DNA of 64,000 bases from assembly GCA_963835065.1 (NCBI GenBank), contig CAWIEK010000046.1, positions 64,001 through 128,000 of the forward strand, written 5' to 3'. The notes under the pieces are model-generated. The model did no database searches. It was not told the origin of the DNA and worked only from the letters and a program-made list of their open reading frames with translations. The position numbers and the translations under genes were made by a program. This DNA is from an uncultured Chthonomonadaceae bacterium. GTDB lineage: Bacteria > Armatimonadota > Chthonomonadetes > Chthonomonadales > Chthonomonadaceae. Shown piece after piece: positions 50,401 through 58,715 of the stretch; the first letter of the stretch is position 1, and the number at the start of each line of letters is the position of its first letter.

Positions 50401-50650
50401 TTTGTCGGCGCAGACCGAAACACAGAAAGCGGCGATGCTATGGGGAGGGGCTGAGATGCAGCGCAAGATGCTTGGTATGCCCTTACCGCTCAATCAGCGC
50501 GAGCAGTACGACAAACAGGTGGCGCAAGCCCGCGCTGTGTTGGGTGAAGAGGCGTTTACGGCTGCCTGGGAAGCAGGCAGCGTTCTGCCCTTGGAGCATG
50601 CCGTAGATTACGCGCTCGGAAATTCATCACTGCCACATCAGAGCCATTGA
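47414..50650 (+). CDS. AfsR/SARP-like regulator (wHTH, BTAD, NB-ARC-like ATPase, TPR repeats)
   Basis: LRLFGP, LYQGSLLEG, TGMGGIGKTRL, LLVLDNCEH and LEGIPLAIELAAAR motifs; C-terminal TPRs. Confidence 0.9.
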   Translation: MQEGVIPFMTTPETADASFRLRLFGPMQALVDGNALPPMRSRKGLWLLALLTLRHDRPVEREWLAGTLWPDVEQSQAFANLRPILSELRNSLGSQKERLQSPDRHTLRLDLAGADVDLIAFDAAIANKNLTALEQAATLYQGSLLEGCAEEWVFQERNQREQDCLHALQQLGDAALTAREYAKAIHYYQKAAAIDPFLEVARRGWMEALAQNGDRNAALQVYREFAALLRSNLHAAPDERTNALYARLRAEARQQGNSPTVVATPPAPAPTVTGYLPHPLTDLVGREDERAEVASRLRRSRLVTLTGMGGIGKTRLSLEVAGEVVHEYADGVWLVALDALTEGKQVLPQIASVLGVKEEAQRELMQSLAERLRNKRLLLVLDNCEHLLQASAQAVGPILRESEGVRVLATSREALGITGEIVWAVPCLAVPDPAHLPQGQATLLRVLTGYESVQLFVERAQSIQKTFLLNAENARMVAEVCFRLEGIPLAIELAAARIKAMTVEQIAARLNNELGLLIGGSRTAQSRQLTLRATLDWSYALLSEPERILLRRLSVFAGGWALEAAEQVCGEEREQGTGNRVQEKEGEPLLSPFSFLLSPADVLNLLTSLVDKSLVAFGDQEGTMGGRYRLLEPVRQYAAEQLQAGGEAEQARARHRDWFLALAEEATLHLRGSGQRQWLQRLDREYDNLRAALAWSAADAQGAEVGLRLTGALWRFWYVRGDYSEGRRYLWNALEREGAQERTPARALALNGAGALAYDQADYMAARALFEEGLSIGRQLEDRRGVAGSLRNLGNVALAFSENATAQALYEESLALSRKLEDRHSIAVTLSNLGIVARHEGDYAASRTLFEESLGISKNLGDQLGMARAFLNLGNVARQQGDVAVSQNFYEESLGIYRELGDRQGIARCLGSLGSVAHGEGKYELARVLQEESLRLFRELDDRQAIALALGNLGAVAYEQTDYASARSLYKESLSLLQKLGDKAGAVESLEGLAAVLSAQTETQKAAMLWGGAEMQRKMLGMPLPLNQREQYDKQVAQARAVLGEEAFTAAWEAGSVLPLEHAVDYALGNSSLPHQSH

Positions 50651-50767
50651 GCCGCAAATACGCGCAAATGGACGCAAATTAAATTCCAGCCGCGCCATGT
50701 GAACGTTAGAAACGTTCCCGCAAGCAGGCAAACCTGGAATATACGGCTGCGCAGGGAACGAGGAGGC

Positions 50768-51124
50768 ATGAGAACGTCGTCCAAACAGTTACGCATCGCG
50801 GGAACGGGAGAGATCATCATACCGCATCTGGAAATAGCCGTTACGCTCCGGCAGCAAACCGTCGGCCTGATTGGACGGCGGGAACTGCCTGCCGACGCAG
50901 GATTGTGGCTGCATCCGTGCAGCGGCATTCACACGTTCGGCGTCCGTTTTCCCATTGACGTTTTGTTTTTAGATAAGGAAGGAATCATTGTACGCGCCGT
51001 TTCTCGCCTAGCGCCCTGCCGCATTTGCGGCCCGGTGTGGAAAGCGAAAACAGTCGTAGAACTCCCCGCCGAAACCCTGTCCCGCTTTGCCCTATCCATA
51101 GGAACGCGCCTGGAAGTTGTGTAA
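50768..51124 (+). CDS. DUF192 family protein
   Basis: GLIGR...IHTFGVRFPIDVLFLD...VVELPA. Confidence 0.85.
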   Translation: MRTSSKQLRIAGTGEIIIPHLEIAVTLRQQTVGLIGRRELPADAGLWLHPCSGIHTFGVRFPIDVLFLDKEGIIVRAVSRLAPCRICGPVWKAKTVVELPAETLSRFALSIGTRLEVV

Positions 51125-51265
51125 AGAAGACAGAAGGCAGAAGACAGAAGACGGAATATAGGAATATGGAATATAGGAAGCCCGAATACCTGAATACCCG
51201 AACACCCGAATAGCCGAATACCAACACCTACAACCCTAGAACCTTAAAACCCTAGAACCCTAACC
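51125..51265. repeat. Composite tract of short tandem units (GAAGACA, GGAATAT, CCGAATAC, AACCCTAG)
   Basis: Seen directly. Confidence 0.8.
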
Positions 51266-51279
51266 CAAAGGATTTTCCC

Positions 51280-52836
51280 ATGTTTACTCCGTTTCAAAAC
51301 GAACCCTACGTGAATTTCAATGAGGAGCGCCCTCGCCGCAAGATGGAGGAAGCGCTGGCGAAAGTGGCGCACGAATTGGGCCGCGCCTACCCGCTGGTGA
51401 TTAACGGCGAACCGCTGGAGACGGAACACAAAACCACAAGCCGTAATCCAGCGCACATGAGCCAGATCATCGGGTACGTGTACGACGGCACGGCGGAAAC
51501 GACGGAACAAGCGATACAGGCAGCAGTGGACGCTTTTCCCGCATGGTCACGAACGCCTGCCGAAGTCCGCGCCCGCTATCTGGTCAAGGCGGCGGCGATT
51601 CTGCGGCGTCGCATTTACGAGTTTTCCGCATGGATGGTGTACGAAGCGAGCAAAAGCTGGAACGAAGCATACGCGGACGCGGCGGAAGCCGTTGATTTTC
51701 TGGAATTTTATGCGCGTGAGGCCGTTCGTTTGGGCGGTTCGCACCCGACAACGCCGTATGCGGGTGAAGAAAACGAAGTCCGTTATCTGTCGCTTGGCGT
51801 GGGCGCGGTGATTGCGCCGTGGAACTTTCCGCTTGCCATTTTGTGCGGTATGACGGCAGCCGCGATTGTCACGGGCAACACGGTGATTATGAAACCGGCG
51901 GAACAAACGCCTGTGATCGGAGCCAAGCTGTTTGAACTGCTGCAATCGGTCAATCTGCCGCATGGCGTTGTCAACTTCGTGCCGGGGCCGGGCGAAATCG
52001 TGGGCGAAATCCTGACCGGACACAAGGACGTGCGCTTTGTGTCGTTTACGGGCAGCCGCGAAGTGGGCCTGCACATCCATGAGCGCATCGCCATCCATCA
52101 GCCGGGGCAGAAGTTCCTTCGGCGCGGAATTCTGGAAATGGGCGGCAAGGACGCTATTATCGTGGATGAGGACGTCAATCTCGACGCGGCGGCAATGGAC
52201 GTGGTCGCGTCCGCGTTCGGGTTTCAGGGGCAGAAGTGTTCCGCGTGTTCCCGCCTGATCGCGCACACGAAAATTTACGACGCCCTGCTTGCCAAAGTAA
52301 TAGACCGGGCTTCCAAATTGACGATTGGCGATCCGAGCCACTTCAACAACTACATGGGCGCGGTGATTGACGAGGGCGCGTACCAGAAAATCCTCAAGTA
52401 CATCGCCATCGGGCGCAACGAGGGGCGGGTTGTCTTAGGCGGCGACGAGTCCGAAGACATGCTGGAAGGCGGGTATTTCATCCATCCGACGATTATTGCG
52501 GACGTGGACGCCCACGCCCGCGTCGCGCAGGAAGAGATTTTCGGCCCGGTTCTGACGGTCATACGGGCGGAAGACTTCGACCACGCGCTGGAAATCGCCA
52601 ACAGCACGGATTACGCCCTGACCGGAGCCGTGTTCAGCTACAACCGTGACCATCTGGAACGCGCCCGCCACGAGTTCCACGTCGGCAACCTGTACCTGAA
52701 CCGCAAATGCACGGGCGCATTGGTAGACGTGCAGCCCTTCGGCGGCTTCAACATGAGCGGCACGGACAGCAAAGCCGGCGGGCGCGACTACTTGGGCTTG
52801 TTCATGCAGGCCAAATCAGTCTGTGAGCGGTGGTAA
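51280..52836 (+). CDS. pruA: L-glutamate gamma-semialdehyde (P5C) dehydrogenase
   Basis: PWNFP, FTGS, EMGGK, GFQGQKCSACS, EEIFGP and QPFGGFNMSGTDSKAGG motifs. Confidence 0.92.
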   Translation: MFTPFQNEPYVNFNEERPRRKMEEALAKVAHELGRAYPLVINGEPLETEHKTTSRNPAHMSQIIGYVYDGTAETTEQAIQAAVDAFPAWSRTPAEVRARYLVKAAAILRRRIYEFSAWMVYEASKSWNEAYADAAEAVDFLEFYAREAVRLGGSHPTTPYAGEENEVRYLSLGVGAVIAPWNFPLAILCGMTAAAIVTGNTVIMKPAEQTPVIGAKLFELLQSVNLPHGVVNFVPGPGEIVGEILTGHKDVRFVSFTGSREVGLHIHERIAIHQPGQKFLRRGILEMGGKDAIIVDEDVNLDAAAMDVVASAFGFQGQKCSACSRLIAHTKIYDALLAKVIDRASKLTIGDPSHFNNYMGAVIDEGAYQKILKYIAIGRNEGRVVLGGDESEDMLEGGYFIHPTIIADVDAHARVAQEEIFGPVLTVIRAEDFDHALEIANSTDYALTGAVFSYNRDHLERARHEFHVGNLYLNRKCTGALVDVQPFGGFNMSGTDSKAGGRDYLGLFMQAKSVCERW

Positions 52837-52866
52837 CAAACTGCTTTCGTGTGAGTTCATCGGCAA

Positions 52867-52893
52867 GTATCCGGCATATAAAATGCCGGATAC
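52867..52893 (+). terminator. Hairpin after pruA
   Basis: GTATCCGGCAT-ATAAA-ATGCCGGATAC. Confidence 0.55.
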
Positions 52894-52978
52894 GCAGGCC
52901 TTCGGCCAATTGTCCTATGGACAGAAGGTTGTGCCGTATTTAATTATTTATCTCTGAGAATGTGAAAACGAGGTTTTT

Positions 52979-54486
52979 ATGCAATCTTCAGATCGAGTTA
53001 CAGAATTCGGGTTAACAAACTTCAAATCCTTTCATTATCTGGAACACATCAAATCTGTGCCCTTAACGGTACTTGTCGGCGCGAACAGCGCGGGCAAAAG
53101 TTCCCTACTGCAAAGTCTGTTGCTGCTGAAACAAACTAACGGAGGTGACCGCTTCAATGGCGTTCTCAAGTTCGATGGCGAGTGGACGCACTTAGGCAGC
53201 TACGCCAACGTCATTTCTGACTTCGATCCACACCGTAAACTTACATCGAGTTCTCTGTTCACGAGTTTACAATTTTTGGCAGAATAGTTGCCATTGAGCT
53301 GCTATCTTCAAGTCGGAGTTTCCTAAAGGAGAGGCTAAAACAGTCATGCTCAGATTTGCGTTACAACTTACGATTAGTGATGAGTTTTAGTATGCCCACG
53401 GCGAGGTGCTAGCATAGAGGTTACTCGTTCATATTTTGCTCGGTTAGTTCGTTCATACCATAATTCATGACGGTCAGAACAAAGTGTGGATTTGCAATGT
53501 AAGTGCAGCGGTAGAGATACATCTCTTCTAAAAATTTACCCCAACATGCCACTATTACCAAGAAACCTGAAATCGAGTTGCACTCATGTAGTAAATGATG
53601 GCTTCCTGACCTATTCGCTTCAACTTGCTTCCACAAAACATGAGTGGTAAGAAGAAAGATCAATCGGCCTTCTATGTTCCCTTTATCTTATGTTCCTGCT
53701 CTTTCTATACCTGTAGGCATTTTGGCTAATACACTTTGTCAGACCGTCTGGAATATCTAGGTCCTTTGCGCGCTGACCCACGTCCGTTTTATCCTGTAGG
53801 AAACTCCTGATGTTGGACTGACAAGGGGAAACCACTGTGCCTTACCTGTTACTGCCACCAAAACGATGTTATTACGTATGTGCCATCTCCCGTGCACGGC
53901 GTTAGGAAGCGACACTATTTAGACGCGACAAACTACTGGCTGAAAGTCATGAAGGTGACGGACTGCCTGAGCATCAATCCTGTTGAGTCTATCGCTTACG
54001 TTGCCGCTATTCAGTCACGGTCTGCGGCAACTAAGTCCGTCAACTTGTCGCAGGTGGGGTTTGGGGTGGGGCAGTTGCTGCCTGTGCTTGTCAGCTGGTT
54101 TGAAAGGGCCTGATAATTCTATGCTGCTGTTGGAGCAGCCGGAGATACATCTGCACCCGCGCTTGCAGGCGATGTTGGCGGAGTTTCTGCTGTGTACGGC
54201 GCAGGTGGGGAAAACCGTGATTGTGGAAACGCATAGCGATCATCTGATAAATCGCTTGCGGCGGTGCATTGCCGAAGATGAAACCGGAACGCTTGCCGAT
54301 ATGGTCAGCATCCTGTTTGTGCATCCCGGCACGGAGGACAATCCGAGTTCCTATGTCGAGGCATTGGAGATAGATGAAACGGGAAACATCGTCAACTGGC
54401 CTCCCGATTTTCTAAGCGAAGCCGCCAACGAGTCGCTTGCCATACTCCGGGCGTCACAGCAGAAAACTACAGCGGCAAAGCCATGA
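52979..54486 (+). pseudogene. ABC-type AAA ATPase with DUF3696-like C-terminus, multiply frameshifted (decay or sequencing error)
   Basis: NFKSF, GANSAGKSS (Walker A), YLGPLR, VGFGVGQLLPVL, LEQPEIHLHP, ETHSDH and IVNWPPDF spread over several frames. Confidence 0.75.
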
Positions 54487-55370
54487 TCTGCCTTTTGGAC
54501 ATGGGGTTACTGGCGCTGGATACGGCGGCGTGGAACACCGACAGGCGCAAGTGTTTGCAGCCCGTGCTGTCAATGGCGCTGCATAGAGATTGGCTGTTGA
54601 AGTACCGCGTTCGCCTGCACTGGTCGGACGAATTTTTCAACGGATTCCCGTGGAACCAGCCGAATGTACCTCCCGAACTGATAGATTACTGTCGCGTCCT
54701 GACGCAGTTTCACAGCCAAATGCAGGCAAATGGCTTGTTGATTACGCAGGGACAGGCGAATGTACCGCCTGCGCTTCCGGCGATTATTCCTGATCTGATT
54801 GCCGAACCGCATCTTGCTCCTTTCCGCGCTACGTGGCTGTCCCTGCTCGGAACAATGGTTTGCGCCACAGAAGCGGTAAACGATGGCGTTGCGGTTCCCA
54901 CGTGGGAACAGCCGCTTACCAGAAATCGGCAGGAAATCATCATTCAGAATATGGCTGAAGTGACCGCTTGCGCCGCGCAGGTTCCGATGCTGAAAGCGGA
55001 AGCGGAATGGCAAGCGTTCATTCAGCAGTACCATAAGCCCGATTTGACGGGAATACGCATTGCCGTTTTGGGAGGCGAACGCGCTTCCTTTGAACGGGCA
55101 AAGCAGCGGCTTATGGAGGCTTACAACGTGGCGGATTGTCGCCGCCTGCCGCCACATTATGAAGAAAACCGGACGCAGCAGCAAACCCAACAACGGTTAA
55201 GCCAAGTTGACCTGCTTGTTATTTGCGCCAATCGGCTGAAACATTCCGATACCGGCCAAATTAGAAACATCGAAGAAGCCGGGAGTTTGTCGTGTGCCGT
55301 CGTGACTATCAACAGCGACAGCGCGGATCAGATTGTTCAGGCAGTAGTCAATCATTACCGCGCCAGTTAA
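54483..55370 (+). CDS. Hypothetical protein with C-terminal DUF2325-like domain
   Basis: Start overlaps the ATPase stop; RIAVLGG...VDLLVICANRLKHS. Confidence 0.6.
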   Translation: MICLLDMGLLALDTAAWNTDRRKCLQPVLSMALHRDWLLKYRVRLHWSDEFFNGFPWNQPNVPPELIDYCRVLTQFHSQMQANGLLITQGQANVPPALPAIIPDLIAEPHLAPFRATWLSLLGTMVCATEAVNDGVAVPTWEQPLTRNRQEIIIQNMAEVTACAAQVPMLKAEAEWQAFIQQYHKPDLTGIRIAVLGGERASFERAKQRLMEAYNVADCRRLPPHYEENRTQQQTQQRLSQVDLLVICANRLKHSDTGQIRNIEEAGSLSCAVVTINSDSADQIVQAVVNHYRAS

Positions 55371-55409
55371 ACATTTGCTCTGAATTATGGACAGGGAAGG
55401 GGATACGCT

Positions 55410-56580
55410 GTGACTGGAAAACGATTGTTGTTCCTGTGGGGAGGCGCAGCTTTGCTCGTCGCTCTGGAAACCAGCCCCGTTCGCGCCGATGAAAAGGCGG
55501 ACGCGCTGCTCAAAGAAGTGGAGCAGACGACCAGGACGATCAAAACGCTTACCGCTGACCTGGTGGTACTAGATTCCAGCACAAGCTTCGACGGCAAAGT
55601 GGGAACGTCCAAAATGGCGGCGACGCTCAAACTCAAAAAGCCCAATCTGGCCCGCATGAACTTCTCTGAGGGAGAGTACGCCAAATCTATCGCGTCCGAC
55701 GGCAAAAATCTGTACACGCTGATGCTCGACAATCAGTACCGAAAAGCCCCCGTTGATCCGATGGGTAAGGGCATTAATACGCTGTGGGTCGCGCCCATAG
55801 GTATGTTCTTCGGTGGTCAGCCTGCCGATATTTTTGGCGCCGGAGGTAAGCCGGAAACGGCCTACATGGGCAGGCAAGTTCTTGATGGCGTGGAATACGA
55901 GGTGGTTCAACTGAAAGGCGAAGCATCCCTTGGCCTTTACGATGAAACTCTATATCGCGCCGAGTAAACTGGCAACACGCATGGACCTGAACTTTCTGGA
56001 TAACCGTACACCGCGCAGGCTGGAAGCCGTGCTGAAAAACGTGAAAACGAATGTGGCTTTACCCGACACGGCGTTTGCCTACGCGCTACCCAAAGACGCA
56101 ACGGTTGACACGCCGCTCACATTAGACGATCACAACAAGAAGCTGCTTCCCGTCGGCAGCGTGGCTCCCCGCTTTGCGCTGTCTGCGCCGACAGGCGGCA
56201 AAACCACGCTTGCGGACGCGCTCAAAGGCAAGAAAGCCGTTCTGGTCAACTTCTGGTTCTACAATTGAGCCGCCTGTCGTAAGGAGTTTCCTCATCTGCA
56301 AACGTTGTACGCCGAACTCAAAGACAAAGGACTCGAACTCGTTGCCCTCAACGGCACGGATAGCGCGGACGTGATTAACAAGTACATCAAGGCGAATAAC
56401 TTCACCTTCTTGATCGGCATGAAGGGCAAGGGCGACAACTACGACGCGGCTTTGCAATATCGCGTACAACTCTATCCCACCAACTACGTGCTGGACAGCG
56501 ACGGCAAAGTAGTTTTCCGCTCTGTGGACTTCGATGAAGCGGGTATTCGCGCCGCATTGGAAAAACTCAGCGTCAAATAA
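55410..56580 (+). CDS. Secreted LolA-like/TlpA-redoxin fusion with in-frame UGA (probable Sec) at 56266-56268 and an apparent frameshift near 55920
   Basis: Signal peptide and LKKPNLAR..SDGK (LolA-like); VGSVAPRF, VLVNFWFYN-UGA-AACRKEFPHL and YPTNYVLDSDGKV (TlpA) in one frame across the UGA. Confidence 0.75.
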
Positions 56581-56719
56581 GCGGTTAGGCGTGGCTGTAA
56601 ATGTCGGGCAAAGCGTCCACCGCGAAACGACAAGACGCTTTCCCGGAGCAAAGGCGGTCATAGCGACGCCTTTGTGCCTGTCCATTTGGTCCAATAAAGG
56701 CCAAATTTGTGTACGCCTG

Positions 56720-56749
56720 TTGACATACAGGCAAACCATGCGGTATATT
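56720..56749 (+). promoter_or_regulatory. Sigma70-type promoter of the str operon
   Basis: TTGACA-18 nt-TATATT upstream of rpsL. Confidence 0.65.
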
Positions 56750-57085
56750 GTAAAGGTTTGCAAAGCGCGATAGGCGTGGGCGACTGCGCATAAGGAGGCG
56801 GGCGGGGCGGACGAGAGTTCTTTTCCCTGGGGATCACCTGGCAAAACGTGCCATAGATGCCATTATGCCGTGTCCTGTCCTGCCGCGCAAGGGCAGGTTT
56901 TTTTACGTCCGGCGCGTTCCATCTGCGCCCGCAGCCTGCGCGTAAGCAGCAAACACCATTTTTCGGAGAGGAAAAAGAAGAAAGGAAAAAGTAACCAATT
57001 ATGGCGCTTTCTCCTTTTTACTTTTCCCTTTCACCTGATTTCAGCGCCGTGTGCGAAACGGAACTCAAAAGGGGATTGGCACAGT

Positions 57086-57457
57086 ATGCCTACGATCAAT
57101 CAGTTGGTCCGCAAGGGCCGCAAGCGTCTGATTAAGAAGACCAAAGCGCCCGCGCTCAAAGGCAATCCGCAACTGCGCGGCGTCTGCCTCGTGGTGAAAA
57201 CGGTCACGCCGAAGAAACCGAACTCCGCGCTGCGTAAAATCGCCCGCGTTCGCCTGACCAACAAAACCGAAGTCACGGCCTACATTCCGGGCATCGGGCA
57301 CAACCTGCAGGAACACTCCGTCGTGATGATTCGCGGCGGGCGCGTCAAGGACCTGCCCGGCGTCCGCTACCATATCGTGCGCGGCACACTCGACACCGCA
57401 GGAACCCGCGACCGCAAATCCAGCCGTTCCAAGTACGGCACGAAGAAGCCGAAGTAG
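57086..57457 (+). CDS. rpsL: 30S ribosomal protein S12
   Basis: [20 protein letters not shown] and [10 protein letters not shown] motifs. Confidence 0.98.
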   Translation: MPTINQLVRKGRKRLIKKTKAPALKGNPQLRGVCLVVKTVTPKKPNSALRKIARVRLTNKTEVTAYIPGIGHNLQEHSVVMIRGGRVKDLPGVRYHIVRGTLDTAGTRDRKSSRSKYGTKKPK

Positions 57458-57458
57458 A

Positions 57459-57579
57459 GTAGTCAGTAGTCAGTAGTCAGTAGTCAGTAGAAATGCCTGC
57501 TTCCTCATAGTTTTTGCGACAATAATAGCTTGCAAGAAGAGGTTTTCTACTGACTACTGACTACTGACTACTGACTACT
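57459..57579. repeat. Tandem-heptamer hairpin (GTAGTCA)n ... (TGACTAC)n between rpsL and rpsG
   Basis: Inverted arms seen directly. Confidence 0.9.
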
Positions 57580-57597
57580 CTCCGACAGGAGACAACC

Positions 57598-58068
57598 ATG
57601 CCTCGTAAGGGAAAAAGTGTGCTGCGCGGGATTACGCCGGATCCGGTTTATGGCAACATTTTGGCGCAACGGTTTATCAACCGCCTGATGGTGGACGGCA
57701 AGAAGAGCGTGGCCGAAAAGATTTTCTACTCCGCGCTGGAACAATGCGAAGTTCGCGCCAAGCGTCCCGGAATTGAAGTGTTCGAGCAGGCCATCCGCAA
57801 TGTCGCGCCCGCTGTGGAAGTGCGCCCGCGCCGCGTCGGTGGCTCAACCTATCAGGTTCCGACCGAAGTGCGCCCGGAGCGGAAGTACGCCCTCGCGTTG
57901 CGCTGGCTGGTCACGAACTCGCGCAAGCGGGCCGGACGCACGATGGCCGAAAAGCTGACGGGCGAATTGATGGATGCCGCGAACGGAACCGGCTCGTCCG
58001 TGAAGAAAAAAGAAGACGTGCATCGCATGGCGGACGCGAACAAAGCGTTTGCGCATTATCGGTTTTAG
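57598..58068 (+). CDS. rpsG: 30S ribosomal protein S7
   Basis: MPRKG, GKKSVAE, RRVGGSTYQVP and ANKAFAHYR motifs. Confidence 0.98.
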   Translation: MPRKGKSVLRGITPDPVYGNILAQRFINRLMVDGKKSVAEKIFYSALEQCEVRAKRPGIEVFEQAIRNVAPAVEVRPRRVGGSTYQVPTEVRPERKYALALRWLVTNSRKRAGRTMAEKLTGELMDAANGTGSSVKKKEDVHRMADANKAFAHYRF

Positions 58069-58070
58069 GA

Positions 58071-58194
58071 AGTAGTCAGTAGTCAGTAGTCAGTAGTCAG
58101 TAGAAATACATGCCTACTCAGAACTTTAGTGTGAAAACAAGAGCCAGTGAGCAGGAGATTTCTACTGACTACTGACTACTGACTACTGACTACT
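58071..58194. repeat. Second (GTAGTCA)n hairpin element, downstream of rpsG
   Basis: Same unit and a related spacer as 57459-57579. Confidence 0.9.
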
Positions 58195-58715
58195 TCTTCG
58201 TGCCCAAATTGCTCGGCACGAAGGGGGCTGCATGTTGTACAATAAAACAGCAACTTGTCGTATGGCAGGGCGCGTGTTACGCTGTCGAACGGGGTGTCTT
58301 CGGTAGGCCAATCGGCGGGTTGCGCGCTGGAAGGCTGCATCAACCGTTCACAACAGGGAAAAGCGGGCAAAACAATCCGGGACGGCAAATTGCCGTTCTT
58401 TGTTGCGAAAGCATCGTTTAATTCCGAGTTTAATTTCGGCCTGTTGGGAACGCAGCGTTTCGGTTGCGCTTGGCAGCGATTACGCGCCGCGCGATTGGCA
58501 GTACGGGTTGATTATTCATTGAAATCAATCAGTAACCCCGGTGTTTACGCATCGGAGAAATAATTGGCATTTGAATGATCCTGAGAACCCACATTTCACC
58601 CGTGACACTCGAAGACGGCAGCGAGTGGACATGACTATTCCTTCGGAAACATTCGTAAGCAATTTGAACGCCGCCCGCGTCGGATGACCGGGCGAGGATA
58701 GACAGAAACGAAACT

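Noticed and set aside
55905..55935. Programmed ribosomal frameshift
   Set aside because: No X-XXY-YYZ slippery heptamer; indel error or mutation is simpler.
56266..56268. Genome-wide UGA recoding
   Set aside because: Well-conserved genes such as hppD and the M32 peptidase end at UGA at their expected C-termini.
56870..57085. N-terminal extension of S12 (and likewise 62803-62889 for S10)
   Set aside because: Leader and repeat DNA open by chance; canonical starts with RBS lie downstream.
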